Shown piece by piece: positions 51,301 to 64,000 of a stretch of 64,000 nucleotides of DNA. The notes under the pieces were generated by a model that saw only the letters and a list, made by a program, of their open reading frames with translations, searched no databases and had not been told where the DNA came from. Location of the stretch: the NCBI GenBank assembly GCA_965202585.1, contig OZ241834.1, forward strand, positions 31,558,001 through 31,622,000, read 5' to 3'. This DNA comes from Thalia democratica (lineage: Eukaryota). A program made the position numbers and the translations under genes. Position 1 is the stretch's first letter. Every line of letters starts with the position of its first letter.

Positions 51301-54300
51301 CGCAACTTCTGCTTCAACTTTTTAACTGTGACGTCACCGTTCTTCGTGACGTCATTGAGGGATTTGTTCTTGGCCCTGCGGTACAGCCTGGCGGGCGGGC
51401 TCGGCTTGGGGGAATTTTCTAGGGTCTTAATGGGGATCGGTGAAAGGTTTGAGGGTGGAAACTGGTCGGATGGTTTTTTGGGTTCTGAAGCGGAGAAAGA
51501 GTCACTGTTGATAATAAAGAGTAGTGTTAACGTTAAAAATATGTTAGTTTAAAAATATTAATGTTTACAAGCAAAAAATATTTTTCCAAATTAATTGATA
51601 ATAAAGCAGTAAGCTTTAAAGCTTTTATTTATTTTATGTTTTTTGAATAGTAAATATCACTTGTTTATTTTTAAATTTTTTCCTCAAAAGAAAACAAAAA
51701 CATAACTTAGAAATAATTTTGAGTTTTTGGGTTTTCAGGTGTATGAACAGCTTTGAACTTTTGCACGTTTTACACATATATATATATTTCAAGGTGAAAG
51801 GATTTTTTTACTTCAAACTCTTTTTCACTTTTGAGTAATTACTCAGCTTGAAACTATTTTATTATGTTAAAATTTAATGTTTGGCTTAGAGGTGAAAGTG
51901 CTTTTGTTTATTAATAAAAGAGGTTAGTAACGGAAAAATGCAAATTCATTCATTTTAAAAGTGTTATTGTTTTCTATTTTAAGTATACTTATAAACTTAT
52001 CAAAAGAAATCTTTTTTATTTACATTATTCACAAAATTTTACATATTAAACGTGGAATATTTGATATTGTTGAATATTAATGTTGTAATAGCTTACTAGT
52101 AATGTTTATTTTATTATTTTTGTATTTTTGTACAGAAATTTAAAACAATACATATCTAATGCAAATTATACTTTGAATAGTTGCATGTATGGTTCATTAA
52201 AGAATACACTAATATTAAAAGATTCGGAATAAAATAAATTTCGCAAACTAAAGAAAAAATAATAATTACTATTTTGACCATTTTCAAGTTGAAGTACTTA
52301 CAACTTATGTATATTTATTGATACTTCAAAAATACTAAACTCAATACGTTGTTAATAAGTGGGTTACATAAACTTTTGTAACCACAATCATTACTGATGA
52401 AATTAGTTATGTATTTCCGGACAAGTTTTTTTTTTTGTTTCTATAAGTGTCACTAAAACACATTAAAAAAAGCTTTAATGTTTTGAATAAAAAAATTATT
52501 TTAATTTAATAAGTAATTACTTAATTGAATGTTTATTTTTCACGTATTTTCTGTTGTTAAGTTATAGTTAAGTTAAAAGTTATAAAAATATATTGCATTA
52601 AGTTTAAGTCTACGTATGTTTTCATTTTTTAAAACAGATGACTATACATAACTATTTGATGCGCCCAAAAAATACAATGAACATTAGGTGATCATTTTAA
52701 ACTAAAAAATTTATAACATTATAAAAGAAAAAAAGTTTTAGAACTCTACAAAAATTTGTTATAAGGATGAAAAAATCAATTTAGTTATAAACGACGATTG
52801 TAAAAATATTTACTACAGTAAACTTTATTAAGTAAATGTCAGTTGCATAACAATTTATACTAGATGTTTTTAAAAATAAGGCTGTTATGTAAAAATAATT
52901 ACACATTAAATTCTTTGTGGTCGACCGAACTATTTTTGTGCATTACATGGTTCATATATGTCAGTCAAACAAACGCAAAAACAGATTTACAATAAATGAA
53001 ATAAAAATACACTTAACGAAACTGTTTTCACAACTACATTTGTATAAATATTGGTATATAATATTTTTAATAAAAGAGTTTATAGAAGCTATCAAAAAAT
53101 TATCATTAATCTTATATGAAACACTCATAAATTTAACCTAAAAATTTCTAATGAATATATAAAAGAATAAGTTGTTTTTTCTTAAATTTGAATTTTTCAC
53201 AAAATAAAACAAACAAACTTTTCATGGTCGGACAAGTTTGGTGTTTTCATTTCCATGGGAACGTTGACGTCATCATCGGAACTAGAAAACGATTCGATGA
53301 CTTTCGAATTTGCTTGTGACGTCATAATGTGGCTCGAACTTGCTTGTTGGCTCGCGTAGGACGGGTCTGATGTAAATTGGTATTTTTATTTAATTTTATA
53401 TAGTTTTAATGCTTTTATAAACTTTAGTTCTAGCTTTTAGGATTGTTTAGTGTTTTACACTTTTTTAAACACACAAAAATGATATCATGAACTTTTGCTC
53501 ACTTTTGTAATAATTAAGTTTTGTAAATTCATTAGTAATGGTACAAATAAGTTTTATTTATTTATTTAATTTGTGAATATCTAACTGATTTTAATTTTCT
53601 TTTTAGTAAAACTATAATCATCTAGCATTAAAATGGCTATAAAAACATTAAAAATTTTAAACTTGCACTAACCTGTGACGGTAGATTCCATGTAAAAACG
53701 TAATTTTTTTTAATATTTAAAAGCACTCTGAATAAAGATTAATTAAAACTAGTAAAATTAAGTTTTTTAACTTAGAAAAGTCACAACAAAATTGTCTTAA
53801 ATGTAAAAAATATTATTTGTTATTTTTTTAAGGTACCATTTACTATTATATTTAAAAATGTTGCTGTTCAGATTCATAGTTAATAATGATAACTTCTAAG
53901 TTGCCTGTACTATTAAAAAAGAACTAACACTTTATAGTTTTTATAACTGACCTAGCAGTCTAACTTAGAAAAATGCAACACAAAACAAAATCAAGTTTAG
54001 CACAGTTAAACCAGTGATAATCTATAGAGTAAATAGCCATGTTCTTTATTAAATAGGTCAAATAAAAAACTTTTAATAAAACAAAAATGTTAATCACATC
54101 GACTGTTTTGAAACCACGTTCAATCGCAATCGACTTGTCAAGCGTCGAAAGCATTGTGACGCCACAAAGTATGACGATTATGACGCAACGCGTAAACATT
54201 CCAACGTCGCCACTGGCAACAGAGCAACAATCAGCTGATAAGCTCAGGAATTTCAAAAGCATTTGACATTTGACAAAAACTCACAAAAAGTTTTTACATG

Positions 54301-57300
54301 CAAATGTAAACAAGGTGGGCTACATCAAATAGATGTTGCTCTTGACACTTGCGAACAGTGCACACTTTGAAGCACTTCACACGTATCGATCTACTGATGT
54401 TCTTGTTGTTTTTATGACACTTCAGCTGCATTAAAATATTGCGTGTTGCCAGTTTCGTGTTGCAGTGTGGTTAGTTTTGTGTTGTTATATATAATTATTT
54501 GTGTTTTTAAACAAACTATGCACTGTTTTTTTTTATAATCAAGCATTATTTTTAATAGTTTTTATTAAAAGCGCTTTTTTTTTCTAAAGCACAGTGAGTT
54601 GAGCAAAGAAATAAAAACTTTGGAAAAATAATTCAATTGGAACGTAACGCTACTGTGAGCAACAACACAATAAACTATTGTATCAAAATACACTTGCCAA
54701 CAATAAAAAAAGGGACACTTTAATCAAAGTCGTTTTTAAAAACCTTTCAAGTCAAACTTACACCTAAATATTTTTTTATAAATAATTTTTATGTTAGTTC
54801 ATAAAAACTTAATTTCTTTTTAGAAAATACTACAACTAAACTAAAAGAAATTATCTTTTACAACAGCTGAAAAAAAAAAAAAAGAAAATCTCAATACACA
54901 ACAGCGCAAGCGCAGTTTTACATTCGCACAAACAGAGACAACTGAAATTTCGCAGACGTCAACTTTGAACTGAGCAACTTTCCAATTTGGCCCGCGATGA
55001 GTGAGAAAATCTCCTGGGAAAGTTCGCATTTTTGATAATTGAGCTGTTGATTTAGTTACAATAACGGCGCTCAAGACTGTTCTCCGTACAATGGTTGTTA
55101 TAATTCACCTATCCTTGGAGAATGGAAAGTTGTGAAAACTGTTTTGTTGTCACCTGGTTTTAGATAAACTTAGCTAGCAATGTTTTTGCAGTAAATAGTA
55201 ATCATCACTTTATTTTACCAGCTAAAATGCAACAAATAGTCAAAGTTTTTTTTATACCTAGGTAAGCTTTTTTGTTGAATAGATAAATAGTTGTTGTATT
55301 GTATCTTTAAACCTAAAAGTGTTTACTTTAGTATACAAAAGAAAATATTATCAAAAGTCATCAGAACCAAAGCTTGTACTTTCGTGTGCCGTGAGACAAG
55401 CTCAAGTTAACACAAATTTTTGATCATACCACTTATGGCCTGATGATCAAAAGTGGTATGATCAAAAACTATAATAAATTAAAATTAAAAAACTAATTAT
55501 ATATTTTTAAATCTTTTTTATATTTACTTTCTAAAATGAGTTTCAACTTGTTTTAAACTCAAAACTGTAATAACAAAAAGTTTTTCAGCACATAAAATTA
55601 GATAACAATTTTACAACAAATTAAATTACATAAACTTAATTTTGTTCAATAAAAATTTCATCAAACACAGCTGATACAATTAGTTAATTAGAAAAGAGTA
55701 ACAAAGCTTTCAGCATTCTTTTTACAGTTTCTTAACCCCTGTTGTAAGTTAACAAACTCAACTTTGTCGTAAAAACAAACTTTTAAGACAAAAACAATAA
55801 ACCAAGCATGTACCGAAACATACGTAAAACTGGGGCAGTAAAACTTTACAACCACAAAAAACAAATTGATCAAAAATTCAGGTCATCCTCATCAAAAAAC
55901 AATTCTCCCAATCCCGAAACCAACAATGTGACGAGCCGCAATAAACTTCCAAACAAACAAACTGCAAACAAACACTCAAGTATCAAAGGTCACTCGAGCA
56001 AACAATGTCGAATGTCGAACATTACGTCCTTGTTGGCGCCTTTTCGGCTAACTTGACTGCCGGTTGTGTCGTTTCGAATGCCAAACATCAGTTTGTCTCT
56101 CGTACGTGGGCAAGTCTCGCAACTGCGTTTTACTGTAAATCGTTGGTGTTTGCACAAAACAGAGGTGAATGTTTGCACAGTGTGCGTTTTACGAAAATGC
56201 ACACTGGTTCCTATGAGAACTTTATGAGTATTAAAAATTTCTTTGAAAGGAAGGCCTCTTCAAAGTTTGTGTAAGCGACTTGGTATTTCTTTCAACTTTT
56301 TCTTGTTTTTTCTTTCAAGTTTCTGTTTATGTGCGCGGTGGTGTTATCACACGCGTTCGTCTGTTAACACTTGACTTTGTAAGTAGCTTCTTTTTATCTC
56401 TTTGAAAAGTTATTATTCATTTGTCTAAGTTTTGTTACTTCTTTTTTTTAAAGTCTGGTCCAGCAGAATGTGAGAAATATTTTTTTTTTAAGTTTTAATT
56501 TGTAAAGAGGAAAAACGTTTTCCTAGCGTTTACTGTAATTTGATATTTGCAGATTAAACATTCGTACTAAATTGCGCATTAAGGCTGTTTTTGTCGAATT
56601 ATTTTACAAAGGTTTTAAATATTTATCACGTAATTTTTTAAACGTTTCTCTAATTTCATAAAAACTGATTTCTACTTCAAAAGTGTCGAAAATTACATTG
56701 CATTTCTATAAAGTGTATATAAAAACATAATATTTCTGACCACATTTCAATTAAGATTAAGATCAAGTGTGTAACAATTTTGCATTAGAGACAAATAAAA
56801 ATTAATTAAAATCCGGTTGGTTGACCATATAATCGGTTTACATCATTAGATGTGACTTTTGCTTAAAACGATAAAATTTCATCAATTATTTAGAAAACTA
56901 AAAAGTATAAATGTAATAATTTCTTATAAACCAAAGCTTGATAATGTTTTTGAAATTTCTGTATAGTTTTTTTAAAGTTGAATTGTCCACTAAACTAATA
57001 GAAGCATAATTAAAATGATGAAAGTAATAAAGACTAAACTTTACTTACACCTTTTTTTTCACTATGTTTTAATGATTTAAACAATCAAACTGAAAAAAAT
57101 AATAAAAATTGAAAATTAAAAACATTTGTTTTTTATACTAATATACACCTAAGTTAATATTTTTCCATTAAAAAAAGGTGTACAATAAAATAAGCTTTAA
57201 AACTTCTATAAAAAGTTGTTTTGTTTACTCAGTTCCATTTTCGAGTGGAAGTGCTTGAGATACAAAATTTTTAAGTATCATTTTATTAATATAAGTTTTA

Positions 57301-60300
57301 AACAAATTGTCCGTTCTAGTAAGTTTCCTATTCGAGTACTTAAGTCTGTAAATTTCATTTTTTTTAATAATTATAAAATATTAATTAATAAGGCAGTAAT
57401 TACTGAAAATGGATACACTTAAAACTTGATATATTAGTGTATTAGTTTAATAAGTATGAAACTAATTTACTTACTACTATAATTACTGAATTACTGCTAT
57501 AATTAGCATACTAGTAGTTAAAAACTGTTATAAATTTTAAAGATCTGAATTGTAATTGATTTTTGCATTGCAAACGAATGGCAAAACTTTATCTTATTTT
57601 ATCGACTAAACTGATAAGAAAACGAAACAAAAGTAAAACGTAAAATCAAAGTAATAATAACTCTTAAATTCATCTAGTCTAATTTAAAAACAGTTACTAC
57701 TGAATTTTGCTAAATAACAATCAACAAAAGCTGTAATGTTAATTTTTAAATCTTGCTCTTAAGCTTTCGTAAAGTTTTTAAATATCTAAAACCGTATTGA
57801 GTAATTCTGTGAAGTAATTGAATTTATTTATTAAAATTTTTCAAACTTTGCAGTATTTTTTCTAACTATTGTTTATTTTTAGTATTTGACACGTTTTTTA
57901 AAATTCAATACAAGAGTACTAAGCGTTGCTAAAACAAACATTGCATTGGTATTTATGTTTTTCTTTTATTTTTTTTATACAAAATATATGACTTTAAAAA
58001 AATCTTATTTTTTTGTAATTTTTTTTTTTGTTTAATTCGACAATTGTTCTTCTATAAATATCTTATACGATTTTAAACGAACTTAAAGCGTAAAACAACT
58101 ACTAAGTTTTTCAACAAACGACAAAAAACAAAACGTAAAAACTCTCCTATGACTCAAAAAAGCCAAAACAAAAAATTCAAACTTTTCTACCCTAGAAATA
58201 ATATTTTACTTTAAACAAAACTCAACTGACGCTAAGATTGTCATCTTGAGAAAAGTGACGAATAAGCTGCTAATAAATTATTAATTTCATCATAAAAAGC
58301 TGCTTGCTATATGCGCGCATAAATCTTTAACTCTTTCGCTTCTGCTATATCAAAAATCTCGAACGAAAGTTATTAACTAATTAAAAAAACTAAATAAAAA
58401 ACTAAATAAAAAACTTGCAAAAAATGTTCAAACAACGACTTTATTGTTTTCGCTTGTTTAACTGTGTTTATGTGCAACATGCTACGGTGTCAAGGTTTAT
58501 GCACAAACGAGAGAGGTGAAAAAAAATTCGAGAGAATTCAAACAATGGTCGCGGCTCTCAGGTGGAAAATTTGAAATTCGGTCACGCTTCAATGATTTTG
58601 TGTGCGGTAGCCAGCCGCCTTGCTACTTGTTACTTGATGTTTACAGTTTCTGTTTTTTTTAATATAAAAATATGGTACATTTTTTAATATTTGACCGTTT
58701 AAAACAAATTAGTCGTAACAAAGAAGATGTTCGAAAAAAAAGTTCTAAAAGTATATAGTCCTAATACTTGTTTGTCACAAAAAATCTGATATAAACAAAA
58801 AAACTTTAACGATGACTCTAAAAATTTAACACAGCAAAAGAACCTAAAGTATTTTAAAAAATAATTTTTTAATAAACTTAAGATATTTGTAATGTATGAA
58901 TGTTTAAATTATATATTATGAATACTTGAAACAATTTAGTTCCAACAATATAGATAGATGTTCGAAAATAAAGTTTAAAAAAACACAGTTCAAAGTTTGT
59001 GAAAATTTTAACACTAAAACTCGGATATGATACAAAAAAAAATACTTTATTGATGACTTAAAACGTTTAAAACAAGAAAACTTCCTTAGGTATTTCGAAC
59101 TTATTTTTTTGTGAATGTAAAATATGAAAACATGTGAACTCTTTTGCACAACAAAAAAAAAAGTTTGTACCCAAAACAAAAGAGTTATTTGCCAGTGAAG
59201 CGGAAAAATTAGTAAACCAGTAAAGCTTGGTCAACCTTAAAACATTGTTTCTTTTTCATGTTATTTAATGCATATGATTTTGTTGGCTACAAACTGTTAA
59301 AGTTCACTACGAAATTCTAGAAACAATCTGAAATTTTTAAATTTATATATAATGTGATAGATATATAATAGTCTGTAAGTTTATTTTTACTTAGATATTT
59401 TAAAGTTTTATATTTTGTACAGGCATTTAACAGCAAAATTTGAATATAAAGGAAAACATATGCTAAACAGGCTTATACGATAATCCAACAATGACCTTCA
59501 AAATAAAATTTACACAATAGTACTATTCTTTTTTTTTTTGTTCATAATTTGTTTTAAGTTTTCCTGTGTTACATAAATGAATTAAAATAAATATGAGTTA
59601 AAGTCATAAACAGTACTTTTATCAAACAATACGTGATTTTATTATAGAAAAAAAACAGATGCATCATAAGTTAACAAATAAAAGAACGTGCGAATAGCTC
59701 ACTCACCGAAGACCTATTATCTCATCTAATAATAGAGAAACTTATTGAACCATTTTGAGTGCAAATTTAATTTCAAAACAGCGTATAATTGTTTAATGAA
59801 AATACACATGTTATTTTAAACCCATTAAAATCGCTTTCGAAAAATTTTAAGAACATAAAAGGGCTAAATTGGCTTTTGTTGTAATATTTTTATTTTTGAT
59901 GGAAATTTTGCAATGCTATATGTTTATGTCATAAGAAAAGGCAAAGTTAACTTGGATGAATTAACATAGCAACTTGGAAAAAAACCAAAATTTTAGCTAA
60001 GTTTTTTTATAGAAATTAGAAAGAATGATTTTAGAATAAAAAAATAAAATATAAATAAAATCTTATTGAACCTAAGTTTAAAAAAATTGTCTTAGTATAC
60101 GAATAGAACACTCATCAGGAGTATTTAAGAATAAAAGTCATTAAGTATGGCAGTGATGACCTTACTTACAATTCATGAAAACACGAAAATAGTTGATTTT
60201 GTAATTCAAATTATTTTAAGTAACATAATTTATTTAGTAAAATGTCATCAGTTTGATATCTTACCACAAAATAAGTGTTCTCTGAAAATCAAAGTGAAAA

Positions 60301-62309
60301 ATTCAGAGTAAAGTTAATCTAATAATTTCGAAATAAATACTTTGAAAAAATATTACTGACGTTTTTATACCACTTTCAATTTTGTATCTGTGTTTTATAC
60401 CTCAAGATGTTTTTCCGTTTTCCGTGAAAATCTAATAGATGAAAAAGTAACGTTTTTTTGAAAACATCTGCTTTTTAATTTTACAAAAGAAAAGGTGTAC
60501 CGTCTTATTATTACAGTGAATAAGAATAAACCACAAAAATTCGAAGTATATCCACTAAAATACTTCAACATATTATAAAAACAAATGCAAAGTGTAGCAG
60601 ACTGTTTATGAAACATTAAACCGTTTTTTGATTTTCAATAAGCCTTTTTTTCTGAAGTTTTCTAAGTTAATTGTTGAAAAATTATTTGTATAAATGAAAA
60701 AAACTTTTTGTTTTCTAATGGAGAGTTTTTTTAAATTCTATGATACTAAACGAGGTTAAACAAGTTTGATAAAAACAGGTCAAAAGAAAGTATTCTTTAA
60801 TATGAATAATTTCATAAAAATGTTGATCCACTACACAGCTTAAGTTATAAAAAACATCCTTTAAAAGAAATATTTTTAAACAAAAAATTAAATAAAAATA
60901 TTTACAAACCCCATAAATCACTCTTAACTCTTAATAAATCTATCAAACAAAAATTTTATTAAGACTCCCTTCTCTTAAAAGTTTATTAAAAAGTTTTCGA
61001 TAAACTATGTTTCTAAAATCTTTTTAAAACTACGACTTTCAACAAACTTACTTCTATAACAAATGCGTTTGATGGTTTTAACTATGAAACTAATGCTTTA
61101 TATAGCCTATACTGAATAAAGTATTTGTTTTAATAGCTAACTCTTATCTGCTTTTATTTTCACTACAATCTGTTATTTTTTAAATCAAAAATAATTTTTT
61201 TTATATAAACTCAGTTTTATATTTGAATTTTAGTACCTGTATTTTTAATACTTTTTCTTGACTTTGACCCGGGCATCAAATTTTTCCACATCTCATCCAA
61301 AGTCTTTCGGTTTGAAGTAATTTTCGCTTTCAATTCAGCAGCTCTTCGATTTATACCTGAAATGTAGAAACTTTTATAAGTATTATCATAATGAAATGCA
61401 TAAGCTATTTTTACTAATTCGAATACTTGTTTAGGCTTTTATTTGTAAAATTTCTAAAGGTTGTACGTATGCAAGTTGTGAAAGTTACAAGTTAGTGTGT
61501 ATGTAATTAGTTGGCATATTATTCTTCCCAGAAAATAAGTGCTTTAAAAATGTATTTTGGAAAAAACAATTTTTCCTTTTTATAAATGATACCTTAAGGC
61601 TTAAGACTTTATAAATTAATTATTAAATAAGTTAAAGTTATTTAAGCTTGAGTTTTACTCAACAAAATTTTAATGCAGTTTGCGGTTAGCTTTAAATGCT
61701 AGCTATTTTGTTTTTTTTTGCTAAAATATTTTTTTGCACCATAAATATTTATGATCAGTAAAACGTTAAATATGTTCGGCTTTTACACTAGTATTAGTGA
61801 AAAATATTTAATGAATAATATGCTTTTTCTTATACTTGTTTCATTTTTGTAGCTCGTTAAAAGTTGTGACTTAAAGATAGTGGTTGTTCTAATAACAGGT
61901 ACTGATTATTTACTAATATTTGTTAAATTGATGTTTTTTATCGTTTTTTAACTTTTAAACTTAAGTAAGTTTCTTTAATAACCCTATTTTTGAACATACT
62001 TTTAAACATTTATTGCTGTTTCTTTTGATGAACACAAAAACTAAGTTTTTGTCGATAAACTTAATTCTAGAATATTATATTAGCTCAAAGATCAAACAAA
62101 AAAGACTAAAAGTAAAGTTGCCAGTTTTTTCATTTGCTACAAACAATTAATTGCTATTTTAATAAATATTATTAGCTTATATTTGCTTTTCTTGTTATTT
62201 TTTTGTAAATTTACTACCAATTTATAATTCAAAATCATAACTAGTTTTTACTTACTCTAAAAAGCAAACAAAACTCACTAAATGCTCTGTTAACCGTCGT
62301 CTTTGACAT
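39385..62309 (-). CDS. KIAA1614: KIAA1614-like protein: long disordered region plus C-terminal Par6-type PDZ domain, about 724 aa, 12 exons
   Basis: Exons 62309-62279, 61356-61237 (or -61252), 53366-53219, 51504-51102, 50465-50230, 48053-47719, 47023-46858, 44024-43869, 43236-43021, 41465-41412, 40932-40817, 39578-39385 (2175 nt, phases consistent). The C-terminus PIGRVVSINAIEGTALVEISKPPSGPFGFYL...FYISSLNDGYPEKMYSGLMRTGDEVLEVNGISLEGLSLDAV is the KIAA1614-type PDZ. The N-terminal AAELKAKIT resembles VRALKEKMT. Linkage of the two far 5' exons is inferred. Confidence 0.74.
41907..41920. promoter_or_regulatory. RFX X-box in a CpG-rich intronic block
   Basis: GTTGTTATGGCAAC fits GTHNYYATRRNAAC. 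An extra half site ATGGCAAC lies at 41931-41938. Confidence 0.5.
44085..44450. repeat. Diverged tandem duplication (about 216-bp period) in a KIAA1614-like intron
   Basis: gttaag.....attggtgttt.tcgg.tga....agttgtttggt at about 44108-44152 and 44324-44368. Confidence 0.75.
53673..53691 (-). CDS. Alternative first coding exon (MESTVT-D) of the KIAA1614-like gene
   Basis: ATG GAA TCT ACC GTC ACA G|GTTAGT. Phase 1 joins exon 53366 in frame (DPSYASQQ). Confidence 0.55.
54206..54220. promoter_or_regulatory. RFX X-box-like site about 500 bp upstream of the alternative first exon
   Basis: GTCGCCACTGGCAAC fits GTNRCC(N0-3)RGYAAC and lies in a CpG-rich non-coding block (54090-54480). Confidence 0.4.
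55417..55468. mobile_element. Internally deleted member of the 32.0-kb foldback family (perfect 18-bp hairpin)
   Basis: TTTTTGATCATACCACTT-16 nt-AAGTGGTATGATCAAAAA. Its reverse complement TTTGATCATACCACTTTTGATCATCAGGCCATAAG aligns to TTTGGTCATACCAA-TTTGATCATCAGACCACAAG at 32016-32049. Confidence 0.75.
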
Positions 62310-63876
62310 TTCTGCTTTATTCTAAACAAATCTGTGTAAAGACTTGAGTAAAAGTTTAGAAAAAAATTCGAGGATTTATTTCAACTCAAGTGTTAAACCA
62401 CTTGATGAAAAATTCACTAAACATCCTTAGCTCAAGTTTAATTTCTTTTCAAGTTAAAATCAAGAACAATTAGTGAGAAAAACACTGGAATTCTTTTGTC
62501 AACACTAATTTGCATTAGTTTTAGTATTATAATTACCCTTAAATTTTTCTTTTAATTAAACTTAATAACGAAAGTAAAGAGTGATTTTTAAACAGATTCT
62601 CGATCATACAGTATGCTTGCTTAAATACAACTTCATAATTAAAAAAAATTATATTTTAATGTGATGGAAAATAAAAAGTTTTAGTTCAAGCTCACAAGTT
62701 TTTGAGAAAATATTTTTTGAGGTAGTAAATGTTTTTACGTACGTTATAGTACTTACATAATTTTGATATAATAGCTACAGTAGTATAGCTTTAAAAAAAA
62801 ATAATTCAAAAATTAAACAGAGGGTTTCGTTTATAAAAATTAAAGCGTTTATTATATAACTGGACGTTTTTTTTAGATTAATGTACTTTTGGAAATAAAA
62901 AACGTTAAGTACTAATTTGAATTAGGTTTGTAAGTTTTTATCAGTCAGATAATTGAAAGTAATAACATAATTTAATTGTTACCTGTTAAATTGTTTCAGT
63001 TTTTTTTAATTTTACAGAAACAAGTTTATACGTTTTATAATAAGTTTATAAAACTGTTTCATTACTTTGCGGTAGATATGTACTAATTTGAATTACCGTT
63101 TTACTAAACAGTAAAAACATTGTTCGAAAAAAGAAAACTTAAGTTTGAAATTCATCATTAGTAAAAACTTTTTATTTTAATATTTGTAAAATAAATGCCT
63201 GTTTAACTTCAATAGAGTTTTAATAAACTGCCAGTTTAAAGCTATTCACGAAACAATAATAAGAAGTAAAGACTGGATCTATACTTTTGAAAACACAAGT
63301 TTTATTTAAAGTACTGGTTTTGTTAATTTCAATTATAATAAAACAAGTGTTTAAGTTTTAAATACGACTACAACATAAAATAGTATAAATACTTATTTTT
63401 TTCTAAACGTAATACTTTAAGAGGCACTTTTGCATACAGTTTTGAAAATACGTATTTTAATTTATTTTTAATACGTATTTTCGAGAATATAGATACTACT
63501 ATTATAATAACTTAAATAATATTTTTTTTTTAGATTCAAATATTTTAGTATTTTGAGTTGTCTTTATGTCATACTTTATAAAAAAATTTAGAAACCTTTT
63601 TTTTCTGTATCTAAGTTATGTATGTATAGAGAAACACAGTATTTTTTTACTACTAATAAATTTTAATTGCAGTCGATATTGCATAAAACTAGAACTTATT
63701 TCCCCTTAAAAATTTAAAAATATTTTAATCTATACGTTTTTAACTAAAAATTTTGTGTAGAACTTCAAACGTTCCTTTAAAGTTGATCATCTTTGCAAAA
63801 TGAATAAAACGAAGATTAAGAATCAATCTTCAAAGCTTTGAGCCAACAAGTATACAATTCGTAGCCAAAAAAAAAT

Positions 63877-63905
63877 CCGGAAGTAGATATCGCAATACCG
63901 GAAAT
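63877..63905 (+). promoter_or_regulatory. Tandem ETS sites, likely core promoter
   Basis: CCGGAAGT (63877-63884) and CCGGAAAT (63898-63905), 21 bp apart, typical of GABP/ELK-type housekeeping promoters. Confidence 0.45.
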
Positions 63906-64000
63906 GCTGTTTGAAAAATGTCTCTTGAACAAACACGTTTGTCAATAAAGCAAACAAAAGCTTTAACATAGATTTTTTCTATTATATGATAGGTATATAG

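Noticed and set aside
53960-56274. ORFs 53960-54262, 54841-55074, 55990-56202 and 56005-56274 as coding exons
   Set aside because: They cannot be spliced in frame into the KIAA1614-like model without stops, resemble no family I know and overlap on both strands. Treated as regulatory or UTR blocks.
58381-58415. Short AT-rich tandem repeats (e.g. aaaaaactaaat x2.5; also 40261-40290, 36915-36970 and (ATT)n at 50478-50495)
   Set aside because: Ordinary slippage repeats in AT-rich DNA with no spacer structure. Not CRISPR-like.
2292-62309. Non-canonical (Fritillaria/Oikopleura-type) intron ends or a reassigned genetic code
   Set aside because: All assembled introns are GT-AG and no in-frame stops are needed in any of the four genes.

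Overview
Eukaryotic, very AT-rich (non-coding roughly 75-80% AT by eye) animal genomic DNA, most likely an invertebrate chordate (tunicate). That is inferred from a synaptopodin-family gene, a patchy CpG-depletion pattern and abundant exonic TGACGTCA motifs. Four intron-rich genes were assembled by hand with GT-AG introns and consistent phases: an OBI1/RNF219-like RING E3 ligase (minus, 2292-13480), SSUH2 (plus, 24295-29411), a PDZ-less synaptopodin/myozenin-like gene (plus, 32184-35453) and a KIAA1614-like C-terminal-PDZ gene (minus, 39385-62309, with an alternative first exon). Most entries in the supplied ORF track are antisense shadows or read-throughs of these exons. The most interesting signals are: (1) a sharply bounded ~6.4 kb CpG-depleted domain (13.6-20.0 kb) in apparently intergenic DNA, where a repeat copy inside has lost nearly all CpGs retained by its twin outside, suggesting a methylated and possibly unannotated gene body; (2) three independent tandem duplications capturing an exon 3' end plus its donor site, one of which is now an exon; (3) a CAGGGTT(G/A)CCAC MITE family with 6-bp TSDs; (4) a TSD-less foldback family; (5) frame-independent TGACGTCA clustering in exons; (6) many A-rich/AAG acceptors and GTT donors. 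No rRNA, tRNA, CRISPR or intact autonomous transposon was seen. All counts were made by eye and no database searches were run.
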